A stretch of DNA of 64,000 nucleotides from an uncultured Planctomycetota bacterium (GCA_963841915.1 CAWJEN010000005.1:352001-416000), one strand, 5' to 3'. Shown: positions 19,826 to 30,735, counted from the first letter of the stretch. Program-made: numbers and translations. Notes: generated by a model from the letters alone, not told the origin.

Positions 19826-20881
19826 TCAATCTGCCTTGCCCGCAAATCGCTCGATCGCACCGCGAACTGCTGCCTGATCAGGGTCTATCTGCAGGCTTTT
19901 TTGCCACACTTGCACCGCTTCGTCGACTAGTCGCTGCTCCAATCGCCCACCGGCGTCCCAAAGACGAAGCTTTGCAGAACCGGCAGCATTCAGCGCCCGT
20001 GGCTCGCGCGGAGCCCGCTCGACGGCCACATCAAGTGACCGGACCGCGTCGGTCAGCGTTCGACGGGCTGCGTCTGTTACGCCCATCGCCCGCTGGCGTT
20101 CTGCCTCAGCGGTCAACGCAAGGCCGATTGCGAGGGGCGGTTCGGGATCCCCGGGGCGAAGCTTCTCGGCTTGACGCAGACGGTCGATGGCAAGGGCGGT
20201 TTGTTCCCGCCGGGCGGCGTTGGTGCCGCTGAGGAGCAACAGGTCGTACCGGCCATCGGCGTCAGCGGGAAGCAGCTCAATTGCTCGCGTGTAAGCGTCG
20301 GCGGCTTGTCGCAGTTGCCCCGTCGCGTCCAATGCACGCCCGAGCAAGGCGACCGCTTCGCCGGAGACTTCATCGGCCGCGACGGCAGATTGCAGGTATG
20401 GCAGTGCCTCGTCGTGTCGATCCATCGCCACCAGCACGCGACCGGCACCAATGTTCGCGCCGAAGTCGCTCTCGGCATAGGCGAGCCCAGCCTGATACGT
20501 CACCAAGGCCTCGGGTAGCCGCCCCGCCGCCTCGATCGTGTCGCCCAAAGAGACGTAGTTGGCTGTCGTCTCTACGTCCCGCTCGACCAGGCGGCGGAAC
20601 CAACGTTCAGCCGTCGACAGCTCGTTGTCCTGGCGGGCAAGCTCGCCGAGCTCGCGGTTGACGAGGATGAGCGATGTGTCGGCAGCAGCGGCTTGCTCGT
20701 ACAGGCGGGCCGCCCTGTCGACGTCGCCCCGCTTTCGGGCGAGCTTGCCCTCGACATACAGGCCGAGCCCGCCTGCCGGTAACTCGGTGGCGACATATCT
20801 GCTCTGCGGCACGGGGTCACTGGACGAAGTGCAGCCAGCAAGAAGCGAGACAACGACGATGATCGGGAAGCAGCGGATCAT
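19826..20881 (-). CDS. TPR-repeat lipoprotein
   Basis: Lipobox LLAGC after a hydrophobic signal; multiple TPR-like helical repeats. Confidence 0.8.
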   Translation of the reverse strand: MIRCFPIIVVVSLLAGCTSSSDPVPQSRYVATELPAGGLGLYVEGKLARKRGDVDRAARLYEQAAAADTSLILVNRELGELARQDNELSTAERWFRRLVERDVETTANYVSLGDTIEAAGRLPEALVTYQAGLAYAESDFGANIGAGRVLVAMDRHDEALPYLQSAVAADEVSGEAVALLGRALDATGQLRQAADAYTRAIELLPADADGRYDLLLLSGTNAARREQTALAIDRLRQAEKLRPGDPEPPLAIGLALTAEAERQRAMGVTDAARRTLTDAVRSLDVAVERAPREPRALNAAGSAKLRLWDAGGRLEQRLVDEAVQVWQKSLQIDPDQAAVRGAIERFAGKAD

Positions 20882-20982
20882 GACATGGCTACTCGACACC
20901 CGACTCGACGGCGAATCGCGGTGGAGTATGGGACGATAGTCTTATCGGCCCGCAATTGCACGATGCGTTGATCAGCAGCGGC

Positions 20983-22146
20983 TTACACAAGTGTGCGGGC
21001 GCGGGCGTACCGGTCCATCAGTGGCGTGAGCAGGCTGACCAGCAGCAACGCGGCGAGCGGGCCGACATTGGGCTCACCGTACCGTTGTGCGGCGGCCATG
21101 GCCGGGCCGAGCAGCAGCGCAAAGACCAGTCGCCAACGACCCGCGACGGGTCGCAGGCTCGGTAACGGCGCGATCAACAGCGACGCGAACACGATCGGCC
21201 CACTCAGCAGCTCGTAATTCGCGAATGTGACGGCTACATCCCACGGCACCGCTCCGCCGATGAGCGGCCACGTCCAAGTCGGCCCACCGGGCGCGATGCT
21301 CGACGGGACCGGTAGCAGCGCGAAGGTCGCGTAGGCGGAGGCCAGCACCACCGTCGGAATGCGAGCGTCGATGACGCCTCGAAACAGCAGGATCATGCCG
21401 GCGGCTACGACCGCAGCGACGCTCGCCAGGCCGATCGGTCGCGGATGGCCGAGCAAGATGAGGTCTTCTGGTGGGGGCAACCGCTCACGAATGACCGAGT
21501 CAATCGTGTAGCGCTGCCGGGGCGGCCGATCGAGACCGCTTGCATAGACGCTTAGCACCGTCGACGCGCTCGGCTGAAACCTCGCGTCGGGCGATTCAGG
21601 CTCGGCCTCGCGGGACACGTAGGTGCCGGCAGACAGGTCGGCGATCGGGCGGCGGTCGTATTGGAGCAAATCACCGGTCACCGCCCGTTCGGCGCGTACG
21701 GCCAATCGCGGCACGATCGCATCGCCGAGCGTGAACGCAATGATAATGTACGCGACGAGCGCCGGCGAAACGCGACCACCCGCACGGCCGCCTAGAAGCC
21801 AAACCAAGAGCCCCAGCACCAACCCTGTCGCGGGCAGGATCGGCCAAAGCAGCGTCGGCTCGAGGCCGTCTGGCCCAGCAACGCCCGACGCCGCAAGGTG
21901 GGCCGGTAACAAAGAGCCGAGCAGCAAGCCCGACCACGTCGCGTGCGAGAGGTCAATCGTCGTGCCCTTGCGACCGACCCTTCGCAGCACCGCACAGGCC
22001 GCCACGGTGCCGGCGACGACGAGGCCCAGCACCACCGCCGCCCGCCAGCCGAAGACGATGAGGCCCGCCGCCAATGGCACGATCAAGGCCGTGATGTGGA
22101 CGGCTGTCCAGGCCCGCGTCGAATTGTTGGCAGCGGTGAGATTCAC
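20983..22146 (-). CDS. Divergent RnfD/NqrB-family membrane protein
   Basis: GLIVFGW, GLLLGSLLP, LGG..SPALV, GHPRPIGLAS, LLTPLMDR patterns resemble RnfD. Confidence 0.7.
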   Translation of the reverse strand: MNLTAANNSTRAWTAVHITALIVPLAAGLIVFGWRAAVVLGLVVAGTVAACAVLRRVGRKGTTIDLSHATWSGLLLGSLLPAHLAASGVAGPDGLEPTLLWPILPATGLVLGLLVWLLGGRAGGRVSPALVAYIIIAFTLGDAIVPRLAVRAERAVTGDLLQYDRRPIADLSAGTYVSREAEPESPDARFQPSASTVLSVYASGLDRPPRQRYTIDSVIRERLPPPEDLILLGHPRPIGLASVAAVVAAGMILLFRGVIDARIPTVVLASAYATFALLPVPSSIAPGGPTWTWPLIGGAVPWDVAVTFANYELLSGPIVFASLLIAPLPSLRPVAGRWRLVFALLLGPAMAAAQRYGEPNVGPLAALLLVSLLTPLMDRYARARTLV

Positions 22147-22171
22147 GGTCGGACTCGCACAATCCCACGAC

Positions 22172-23095
22172 CTACGCCATCAGCATCGCCAAAAGCCCCT
22201 TCTGGGCGTGCAGGCGATTCTCAGCCTGCTCGAAGATGCGACTTTGCGGCGAGGCCATGACGTCGGCATCAATTTCCTCACCACGATGGGCAGGCAGGCA
22301 GTGCAGGACGATCGCATCAGGCTCGGCGGCGGCAAGCAGTGCGCCGGTGATGCCGTAACCGGCGAAGGCGGCTAGTCGCTTCTCCCGTTCGGCCTCTTGC
22401 CCCATGCTTGCCCAGACATCGGTATACAGCACGTCGCAAGCCTTGACCGCTTCCTGAGGGTCGGCGACCAGCGTCAGGTCGAGTGACGACACCTGCCGGC
22501 GGAGCCGTTCAGCCTCGTCGGCGGGCAACGCGTAGCCGTCGGGCGAGCAGCCGACGACGCTGACGCCGACCATGCCGCATGCGACGGCGAGCGAGCGGAA
22601 CACGTTGTTGGCATCGCCAATGTAGCAGACACGGCGACCCGCGAGGTCGCTGCCGAAGGCGTCCCGCATCGTCAGCAAATCGGCCAGTGCCTGGCACGGG
22701 TGAGCCAGATCGCTCAAACCGTTGATGACGGGCACCGGGCACGTGGCAGCCAAATCGTTGAGCGTCGACTGCGACCGGACGCGCGCCATGACGCAGTCGG
22801 TCATTGAGCCGAGGACGCGGGCGACATCACCGGCCGGCTCACGCGTATTGAGGCCGATGTCGGCCGGCGCGAGGTAAATCGCGTGGCCGCTGAGCTGGGT
22901 CATGGCGACCTCAAAGCTGACGCGGGTGCGCAGGCTCGGGTGCTCAAAAATCATGGCCAGCGTCTTACCGGCGAAGAGGGACGACGCCTTGCCGCTGCGG
23001 AGGTCACTGCGGAGCGACGCTGCCCGATCAAGCACTTCTCGGACGAAGTCGGGGCCATGGTCGGTGAGCTGCAGGAAGTGCGTCGGCGGGTTCAA
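22172..23095 (-). CDS. argF: Ornithine carbamoyltransferase
   Basis: SLRTRVSFE, HPCQALAD, DVWASMG, HCLPAHRG, QAENR. Confidence 0.97.
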   Translation of the reverse strand: MNPPTHFLQLTDHGPDFVREVLDRAASLRSDLRSGKASSLFAGKTLAMIFEHPSLRTRVSFEVAMTQLSGHAIYLAPADIGLNTREPAGDVARVLGSMTDCVMARVRSQSTLNDLAATCPVPVINGLSDLAHPCQALADLLTMRDAFGSDLAGRRVCYIGDANNVFRSLAVACGMVGVSVVGCSPDGYALPADEAERLRRQVSSLDLTLVADPQEAVKACDVLYTDVWASMGQEAEREKRLAAFAGYGITGALLAAAEPDAIVLHCLPAHRGEEIDADVMASPQSRIFEQAENRLHAQKGLLAMLMA

Positions 23096-23997
23096 AGGGT
23101 GATCTCCGTGCCGATACCAGCGGCGGTGTAGATTTCCAGCAGCAGCGCGTGCGGCGTGAGCCCATCGACGATGTGCGTCTTGCTAGCCCCACCGCGAAGG
23201 GCTTCGAGGCAGGCGTCCACCTTGGGCAACATGCCACCACCGATGATGCCGTCGGCGACAAGGTTCTTGACCCCGTTGGCGGTGACGGAGCTGATGCGGG
23301 TTGCCGGGTCGTGCATGTCGCGACGGATGCCGTGCGTGTCACTGACGACGACGAACTTGTGCGCCTTGAGGGCCGCGGCCACGGCGCCGGCGGCGGTGTC
23401 GGCATTGACGTTGAGCTTCTGACCCGTTTGCCGATTCACGCCGATCGTACTGATGACGGGAATGGCGTCAGCCTGCACGAGCAACTGCAACAGTCGCGTG
23501 TTGACGTCGACCACCTTGCCGACGAGGCCCAGGTCGCTGCCGTCGTCGTCGAGCGTCTGCTCGGCGAACAACACGTCGCTGCCGAGGCTGGTCAGGCTCA
23601 TTGCCTCGCAACCCTGGCTGCGGATGAACTGGACGATGAAGGGGTTGATCTCGCCACACAGCACGCCCTCGGCGATCTGCAACGTCTGTGCGTCGGTGTA
23701 CCGCTTGCCGTTGACCCACCGCGGCGTCAGCCCGGCCTTGGCCATGGCGGCATTAATTGCTTTACCGCCGCCGTGCACGATCACCGGCTGCATGCCGACG
23801 TAGTTCATGAAGACGATGTCGACGAGCAACCGCGCCAGCGCAGGCTCGTCATCCATGATGCTTCCGCCGACCTTGACGACGACCGTCTTGTCGTGAAATC
23901 GCTGGATGTACCCCAACGCCTCGATTAATGCCGCCGCCTTGTCACCGGCAGCGGCAAGGAGCTGGTGCGTCTCGTTGATCTTCGCCCCGTCGTTCAA
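23092..23997 (-). CDS. argB: Acetylglutamate kinase
   Basis: VVKVGGS, VHGGG, NVNAD, GGMLPK. TTG start at 23997 is supported by TATCCT 6 nt upstream. Confidence 0.95.
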   Translation of the reverse strand: MNDGAKINETHQLLAAAGDKAAALIEALGYIQRFHDKTVVVKVGGSIMDDEPALARLLVDIVFMNYVGMQPVIVHGGGKAINAAMAKAGLTPRWVNGKRYTDAQTLQIAEGVLCGEINPFIVQFIRSQGCEAMSLTSLGSDVLFAEQTLDDDGSDLGLVGKVVDVNTRLLQLLVQADAIPVISTIGVNRQTGQKLNVNADTAAGAVAAALKAHKFVVVSDTHGIRRDMHDPATRISSVTANGVKNLVADGIIGGGMLPKVDACLEALRGGASKTHIVDGLTPHALLLEIYTAAGIGTEITL

Positions 23998-24067
23998 GCG
24001 GGCAGGATAGACCCCGCAACTCGTCGGGCCAACTTGACCTGTGCACCGCGACCCGCACGATGCGTCC

Positions 24068-24910
24068 ATGCTCAAGCTCTCTGGCTTTGCCGACGAAATC
24101 GGCCCGACCCTTCACGAACAGATCAGCACCTGCCGGGACACCGGCGTCACGCATCTCGAATTGCGGAGCGTCGACAAGATTAACGTCATCGAACTTTCTG
24201 CCGATCGGTTGCGCGAGATCAACAAAATGCTCGCGGACGCCGGAATGGGCACCGTCTCCATCGGCAGCCCGTGCGGCAAGGTCGAGGCGACCGATGACGA
24301 GGCCAAGATCCTGGACATGTTCAAGCGGGCGCTCGACGCGGCAGTTGCCCTCGAAGCACCGCTGATTCGCGTCTTCAGCTTCTATCCAGAAGGTGGCGAG
24401 GGCAAAGGTCCGATCGACGCGATCCGCGGTCTAGCCATCGAGTTGCTCAGCAAACAGGTCGAGATGCTCGACAGCAGCGGCACCGACGTCGTCATGGTCC
24501 ACGAGAACGAGAAAGGCATCTACGGCGACACCGGCGACCGCTGCCTCGACCTCATGCAGAGCGTCAACTCGCCCAAGCTTCGCACGGCGTTCGACTTCGC
24601 CAACTTCGTGCAGGTCGGTGATGATCCGGCTGACAACTGGCCCAAGCTCAAGCCGTTCACGGCCCACATCCACATCAAGGACGCAGTCGCAGGCAGCGGC
24701 GACGTCGTTCCCGCCGGCCAAGGTGACGGCGGCATCGAGGCCATCGTGAAAGATGCTTACGCCTCCGGGTATCGCGGCTTCCTCAGCATGGAGCCGCACC
24801 TCAAGCTCGCCGCCCACAGCCACGGCGAAACGGGTCCGGAGCTGTGGAAGACGGCAGTGGAGGCGCTTCGCGACGTGTGCCGCCGAGCGGACGTGCCGCT
24901 GGCGAGCTGA
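24068..24910 (+). CDS. Sugar phosphate isomerase/epimerase (AP endonuclease 2 TIM barrel)
   Basis: LSGFADEI, HENE, FDFANF, HIHIKD, SMEPH. Confidence 0.9.
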   Translation: MLKLSGFADEIGPTLHEQISTCRDTGVTHLELRSVDKINVIELSADRLREINKMLADAGMGTVSIGSPCGKVEATDDEAKILDMFKRALDAAVALEAPLIRVFSFYPEGGEGKGPIDAIRGLAIELLSKQVEMLDSSGTDVVMVHENEKGIYGDTGDRCLDLMQSVNSPKLRTAFDFANFVQVGDDPADNWPKLKPFTAHIHIKDAVAGSGDVVPAGQGDGGIEAIVKDAYASGYRGFLSMEPHLKLAAHSHGETGPELWKTAVEALRDVCRRADVPLAS

Positions 24911-24933
24911 TTGCTGGAAGCGAAGGAGCAGCC

Positions 24934-26295
24934 ATGTCCGATCGCCACCGTTTCATCGACGTGCCTCCACCGGACGTGGTCTGGACGGTGGTCGGCGAGG
25001 CCGACGCAGACGAGGCATTGCTGCCGCGTGGCGAACTGCAGGTTGGGCAGCGCATCGGCACAGGCGTCGTCGTGCTGCCCGGCGACGCGGGTCAGCCGGC
25101 CGAGCGACGTGACACGCACGATCGCGCGGTGCTGGCCGTGCCGCAGGTGTGTCACGACGATGCCGAGACGGCTGCGACGCCGTTGCAGACGCCGATCGAA
25201 CCGAACGACGTCACTCCGCGCGATCTGGACGCGTGGCTCGAACGACTCGCCATGGCCGGCGTTCGGCCGGATCGGGTCAACTGCCCCGACCTGCACGCCC
25301 AGCTCGCCGCCAGCAAGACACGGCCGGCCGAGCTTGTCCTGTGCTCCTGCGTCGAGCCTGACCCGCTCTTGCCGTTGCAGGCCGAATGGGCTCTGAGGCA
25401 TCCGCGAGCCTTTAGCGACGGCCTGCGGATTCTGGCTCGGCTCAGCGGTGCGAGGCGGTCCGTCGTCGCCGTCGCAAGCGGCGACCATCGCCGCCTGTCA
25501 AGGCACATGGCGCGCCTCGACCCGCATACGCCTGCCCCGACAACTGGTGACGAGTCCCCGACCGTCGACGTCGGCAGCGTTCGGCTGATGTCCGTCAACA
25601 ACGCCTACCCTCAGGCCGATCCGACGCTGATGGCCTACGCACTCGCCGGGAAGCGGTTGCCCCCCGGGGCGTCACCGCTCGATGTAGGCGTGCTCGTCGT
25701 CGATGCCGTCGCTGCCGTTGCCGTCGGCCAGGTTGCACGTGGCTGCGCATGTGTGCGGACGGAGCCGATCGGCCTTCGCGACCACCGCACCGGTCTCGGC
25801 GTCCTGGCCAACGTCTGGCGTGGCAGCCGACTGTGCGACGTGCTGCTGTTCCTCGGACTTCAGCACCACGACTGCGAGCGCGACGACAAGGGCGAACCCA
25901 TACGAATTTGCGGCGGGGACTTCCTCAGAGGCAACGGACTCGATCCGGCGGCCATTGTCGGAAACGGCGAGCTGATCTTTCACATCGAGGCGGCAACGCC
26001 GACAGCCCCGCCTGAGCCGTGCATCCGGTGCGGCTGGTGCTTGGACATCTGCCCGACGGGGCTGAACCCGGCCGGTCTGCTCGATGCCGAGGCGGCGAAG
26101 CCGGACAAGCGGCATCAGCTCGCGATCCGCCACGGCGCCGACGCCTGCATCGGGTGCGGCCTGTGCGACTACGCGTGCCCGAGCAGCCTGCCTCTTCGCG
26201 ACGTCGCGACGAAGATGCGTGATTTTATCAAAGCGTCGGCATCGCCAGTTTCCGCAGAGGGCGATCCAGAAACACCGCAAGACGCTCTGCCATGA
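24934..26295 (+). CDS. Divergent RnfC-like 2x[4Fe-4S] protein
   Basis: CIRCGWCLDICP and CIGCGLCDYACP; VEPDP and YPQAD resemble RnfC; AAGGAG RBS upstream. Confidence 0.75.
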   Translation: MSDRHRFIDVPPPDVVWTVVGEADADEALLPRGELQVGQRIGTGVVVLPGDAGQPAERRDTHDRAVLAVPQVCHDDAETAATPLQTPIEPNDVTPRDLDAWLERLAMAGVRPDRVNCPDLHAQLAASKTRPAELVLCSCVEPDPLLPLQAEWALRHPRAFSDGLRILARLSGARRSVVAVASGDHRRLSRHMARLDPHTPAPTTGDESPTVDVGSVRLMSVNNAYPQADPTLMAYALAGKRLPPGASPLDVGVLVVDAVAAVAVGQVARGCACVRTEPIGLRDHRTGLGVLANVWRGSRLCDVLLFLGLQHHDCERDDKGEPIRICGGDFLRGNGLDPAAIVGNGELIFHIEAATPTAPPEPCIRCGWCLDICPTGLNPAGLLDAEAAKPDKRHQLAIRHGADACIGCGLCDYACPSSLPLRDVATKMRDFIKASASPVSAEGDPETPQDALP

Positions 26296-27118
26296 GCGCT
26301 TCGAGTGCCGCGACGCCTTCACCGGTGGTTGCGGAGACGGCTGGGCCGTCGGCTGGCGGCTGAGCTACGTCACACTTGTTCCACACAACGAGGTCTGCCC
26401 GCCCGGATGCCGAAGCGTCACCTGTCGCGTCGCGAACTTCGATGACTAGATCGGCCTGCTCGATGACCTCGCGCGACAAAACGATGGCCTTGCCCTCGAC
26501 GCCGCCTACGTTGCGCCTGCCCGGTGTGTCTGCCAGTCGCACCGGTAGCTGACCGTCGCACAAGATGGCGGGGGTCTCGACCCAATCGCGTGTCGTTCCC
26601 GGCTCATCAGCGACGAGGCTTGCCGCTCGGCCGACGAGGCGGTTCGACAACGAACTCTTGCCGACATTGGGCCGACCCACGATTGCGATCAGCGGCGGCA
26701 CCAGCAGACGAATCAATGTGAGATCCGCAGGATCGGCCTCGCCCTCCTGTTCCCGCTGAGCCAGTAGCAATCGCAGTCCCAGCTCTGTCGTCGCCTGCGG
26801 TAACCAGCGGTCGACCGGGCCACCGATGGCAGCGTCATCTCGCAAAAAGCCTGCGGCCATCGCGTCGTCAAAGAAGCACTCGACGATCCGCCTGCCGCCG
26901 TGAAAGTTGACGTCGAACCATTCGTCACCGCCTCGAACGAGCGGGTCGTCGAGGATGCTGCCGTTAGCCAGGGTCCAGGAGCCGTACACGAGCTGGCCCG
27001 GTGGCGGCAGCTTACCGAGTCGAGACCTGACGAAGTTTGCCGCCGCCCGCCCTTCGACCCGCACGACGGCAAGGGCCGCCATGCCGGGCGCGGTGAGGAG
27101 CCGGACGACGTTGTTCAT
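26228..27118 (-). CDS. Short MnmE/TrmE-like GTPase
   Basis: TrmE-N-like LTAPGMAALAVVRVEG and FHGG; GRPNVGKS, GTTRD, DTPG, NKCD, SA motifs. Confidence 0.85.
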   Translation of the reverse strand: MNNVVRLLTAPGMAALAVVRVEGRAAANFVRSRLGKLPPPGQLVYGSWTLANGSILDDPLVRGGDEWFDVNFHGGRRIVECFFDDAMAAGFLRDDAAIGGPVDRWLPQATTELGLRLLLAQREQEGEADPADLTLIRLLVPPLIAIVGRPNVGKSSLSNRLVGRAASLVADEPGTTRDWVETPAILCDGQLPVRLADTPGRRNVGGVEGKAIVLSREVIEQADLVIEVRDATGDASASGRADLVVWNKCDVAQPPADGPAVSATTGEGVAALEALMAERLAVFLDRPLRKLAMPTL

Positions 27119-27149
27119 GCAGATCGTTTCGAGTTGCTTAGTGTCCGCA

Positions 27150-27932
27150 CTAGGACTTGTGCGTGATGTGGTGGTTCGCGTAGGCAAGCGCGATGCCGTA
27201 CAGCGTCAGGTCACGGCTGATGGCGTGGATGAGCTCGAACGGGTGGTCGCCACCAAAGAGCTCATGTGCGTCGCCGCCTGTGGCGATGACCTCTGGCCAT
27301 GTCGCCTGTTCCATGGCGTGTTGTTCGACGCTCTGGCGGACAAGGCCGCGAATGGCGTTGACGATGCCGCAGTTGATGGCGCCCGGCGTGTCGCGTCCGA
27401 AGGCGTCACCCGTTGCCGCCGGACGGACGGCCGGCAGGTGCGTTGCCGCGTCAGACAGGGACGACGCCATCAATGATGCACCGGGCGCGATGCATCCACC
27501 CAGGAACGTGCCGCTGTCGTCGCAGAAGTCGACGGTGACTGCCGTTCCGACGTCAACGATGATGCATGCCTTCTTGAGCTGCTCGTATGCCGCTGCAACG
27601 TTGAGCACGCGGTCGACGCCTGTCGACTGCGGCTGCTCCGTTGCGACGGCGATGGGCAATTCCACGTCTTTACCGACCCGGCCCGACCCGCTCCAGCCCG
27701 CTTGGCGGACCATGTGAGCGACATCGTCGACGAAAGCTCCGTTGCTGGCGGCGATGACGACGTCGCTGTCGAAGCCCTCGAGTTGTTCGCGTGCCTGCTC
27801 GACCGCGCCGGCAACGTTGTCGGGTGAGGCGACGTCTGCGCGCCACGATGCGACCAGATCACCCGCTTCGAACGCGCCGAGTTTGACCCGCGAGTGTCCT
27901 ACGTCGATTGCCAGCAGATTGATGTCAGCCAC
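27150..27932 (-). CDS. coaX: Type III pantothenate kinase
   Basis: LAIDVGHSRVK, GVDR, VDVGTAVT, GGCIAPG, TGG; GTG start. Confidence 0.93.
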   Translation of the reverse strand: MADINLLAIDVGHSRVKLGAFEAGDLVASWRADVASPDNVAGAVEQAREQLEGFDSDVVIAASNGAFVDDVAHMVRQAGWSGSGRVGKDVELPIAVATEQPQSTGVDRVLNVAAAYEQLKKACIIVDVGTAVTVDFCDDSGTFLGGCIAPGASLMASSLSDAATHLPAVRPAATGDAFGRDTPGAINCGIVNAIRGLVRQSVEQHAMEQATWPEVIATGGDAHELFGGDHPFELIHAISRDLTLYGIALAYANHHITHKS

Positions 27933-27963
27933 GCCGCACCGTAGCAACGGGCCCAGCGAGTCG

Positions 27964-29947
27964 CTATTGCGGCTCAGGGACGAAACGCGGGCCGTCGTCG
28001 GGTTCTTCGCCGCGTAATGCAGCCAGCAGGATGTCTCCGTACATGGCAACCCGGCGTGGCCCCATGCCCTTGACGGCGGCAAGGGCTTCGTCGTCGCCCG
28101 GCGCTTCCATCGCGATGAGACGAAGCGTCCGGTCGTTGCAGATGCAGTAGGCAGGTAGCCCCTTGTCACGGGCGAGCGTGCCGCGGGCGGTGCGAAGACG
28201 GTCGAACCGCTCACCGGCATCGGCGTCGAGTTGCATCGGCTTGGCCGACGTGGCCAACGTTGCACGTCGTCGCGGCACCAGGTCGTTCAGCGGTGCGGGC
28301 GGGTCGGCCAGCGCCTTCATGACCCGCACGCCACTGGCCGTCATTTTGACAACCTTGATGTGCGAATCACCATCGACGGCCGTCTGCTGGACGAGGCCGA
28401 CCTCGATCAGCCGGTGGACCATGGCGATGACCTGCTTGACGGTGAACTGCGAGAGCAGGCCGTGCGTCGAAAGCTTATCGAGGCCGCGACCGGTGACCTT
28501 TTCGCTTGTGCTGCCGGTGAGAACTTCAGCCACGGTGCCTACACCCATGCGCTCGTTGAGCCTGGCGACGCCGCTGAGCAGCTTGCGGACGACGTCGCCC
28601 GTCTCTGCGTCGACGCGTGGCAGGTCGTCGTCGTCGTCGAGCTGCCCGTTCCCGTCGCGGCATGCGTCGCACTTGCACTTGGTCTGATCAACCCTTGCAA
28701 CATCGCCGAAGTAGTCGAGGATCTGCTGCCTGCGACACCGCCACGTGCTGGCGTAGCCGATCATGCGATCTAGCTTGTCCTGGCCCTGCTGCTTGAGCTC
28801 GGCGACCAAATCAGGGTCGGCGTCGTCAGCACCCTTGATGTTGTCGATGAAGTATTGCTGCGTATACCGGTCTTCGTAGCTGAACAGCAACACGCACCGT
28901 GCAGAGGCACCGTCACGACCGGCGCGGCCAGCTTCCTGGTAGTAAGCCTCGACGCAGCCGGGCAGGTTGTAGTGGGCGACGAGGCGGACATCCGGCTTGT
29001 TGATGCCCATGCCGAACGCGTTGGTGGCAACGGCGATGCCGCGAGGCGTGCGGAGCCATCGCTCCTGGTTTTCGGTTCGTGCCGCCGCGTCCATGCCGCC
29101 GTGATAACTGAAGACGGGCCGCGTCGGCAGACGTTCGGTGAGCAGGCCGGTGACTTCGTCGACGGCCTTACGGGTCGCGCAGTAGACGATACCGCCACCG
29201 TCCTCACGGCTGACAAGGTCGACCAGCGCGTCGAGCTTGGCCTTCTTGCCCTTGATGCGACGGCTTTCATACCGGAGATTCGGCCGATCGAAGCCGGTGA
29301 CGACGACGCTCGGGTCACTTAAGATCGAGCGTGCGGATGATGTCCGCCCGTACGTCTGCCGTCGCAGTGGCCGTCAGGGCGATCGTCGTCGGACGCCCAA
29401 GTAGTTCGCGAACTTCGCCCAGATTCTGATAGTCGGGCCGGAAGTCGTGCCCCCACTGGCTGATGCAGTGCGCCTCGTCGATAGCAAAGAGCGTCGGGTT
29501 CAACTCCGCCGCTAGTCGCCTGAAGTACGGGACAGCAAAACGTTCTGGCGATACGTAAAGCAAGCCCTCGAATGACCCGCTTTCGAGCTCGCGAAGCGTT
29601 CGGCGTTGCTCGTCCATGCTCATGCCGCTGTTGAGCATGGCGCAGTCGATGCCTTCGTCGCGCAGCTGCTGCGTCTGATTCTCCATAAGAGAAATCAGTG
29701 GGCTGACGACCAGGGTCAATCCGCCACGAACGACAGCGGGCAGCTGGTAGCACAGGCTTTTGCCGGCACCGGTGGGCATGACGCACAGCACGTCGCGGCC
29801 CGCCAGCGTGTCTTCGATGACCTCTCGCTGCATCGGGCGAAAGGCGTCGAGACCGAAGGATTGACGCAGGGCTTCGCGCAAATCATCGGCCGCCTCTTCC
29901 GAGGCGGTTGCTTGAGGTTCGGGCTTGCTGAGCGTCGTCGGTTCCAT
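27964..29947 (-). pseudogene. recQ: RecQ helicase (DEAH-RQC-HRDC) split by a +1 frameshift near 29318
   Basis: N part has MPTGAGKSLCYQ, DEAHCISQWGHDFRP and TATA. The next frame continues DPSVVVTGFDRPNL...ATNAFGMG, YYQEAGRAGRDG, a Zn site and HRDC. Confidence 0.9.
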
Positions 29948-30028
29948 CCGCGGCATGTCACCATACGGCACCGGGACGCAGAGGTTTTTGCCACTGGCGC
30001 GCCCGCATCAAGCCGCTAGGTTCGGCTC

Positions 30029-30649
30029 ATGGCAGAAACCACCGTTCAAGACCTGGAATACGACTACAACGCACTCGAGCCGCACATCGACGAACAGACG
30101 ATGCGGACGCACCACGACAAGCACTACGCGACGTACGTCAGCAAATACAACGATGCCGTCAAGGGGACGGACCTCGAGGGTAAGCCGATTCACGAGGTGC
30201 TGGCCGACAACGCCAGCAAGGTGCCGGACAACATCCGTCAAGCCGTCATCAACAACGGCGGTGGCGCGCACAACCACGCCCACTTCTGGGAGATGATGGC
30301 CCCCGCTGGCAACGGTGGCGGCGGTGAGCCCGTCGGTGAGCTGGCAGAGGCGATCAACAAGACCTTCGGCTCCTTCAGCGCCTTCAAGGACGAGTTCAAG
30401 AAGGCAGCCCTGGGCCAATTCGGCAGCGGCTGGGCCTGGCTCGTCAAGGAAGGCGACGCCCTCAAAGTCGTCAGTACGCCCAACCAGAACAGCCCGCTAC
30501 TGAGCGGCCAGATGCCGATCCTCGGGCTCGACGTATGGGAGCACGCTTACTACCTGAAGTACCAGAATCGACGTCCCGACTACGTCGACGCGTTCTGGAA
30601 CGTCGTCAACTGGCCTTACATCAACGAGCGGTTCGGCCGGGCCGACTGA
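30029..30649 (+). CDS. sodA: Fe/Mn superoxide dismutase, Mn-type signature
   Basis: [34 protein letters not shown]. Confidence 0.95.
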   Translation: MAETTVQDLEYDYNALEPHIDEQTMRTHHDKHYATYVSKYNDAVKGTDLEGKPIHEVLADNASKVPDNIRQAVINNGGGAHNHAHFWEMMAPAGNGGGGEPVGELAEAINKTFGSFSAFKDEFKKAALGQFGSGWAWLVKEGDALKVVSTPNQNSPLLSGQMPILGLDVWEHAYYLKYQNRRPDYVDAFWNVVNWPYINERFGRAD

Positions 30650-30706
30650 GCAGGCCACGCCCCCAAATCGAGGGCTTGTACTTATATAAGAATTACAAAG
30701 CACTAG

Positions 30707-30735
30707 TTGACTCGCTGCTGATGCCGCGGTAAACT
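30707..30735 (+). promoter_or_regulatory. Sigma70-type promoter
   Basis: TTGACT (30707-30712), 17-nt spacer, TAAACT (30730-30735). Confidence 0.75.

Noticed and set aside
29300..29330. Programmed frameshift in recQ
   Set aside because: No slippery heptamer or stimulatory structure, and similar indels elsewhere favour sequence error.
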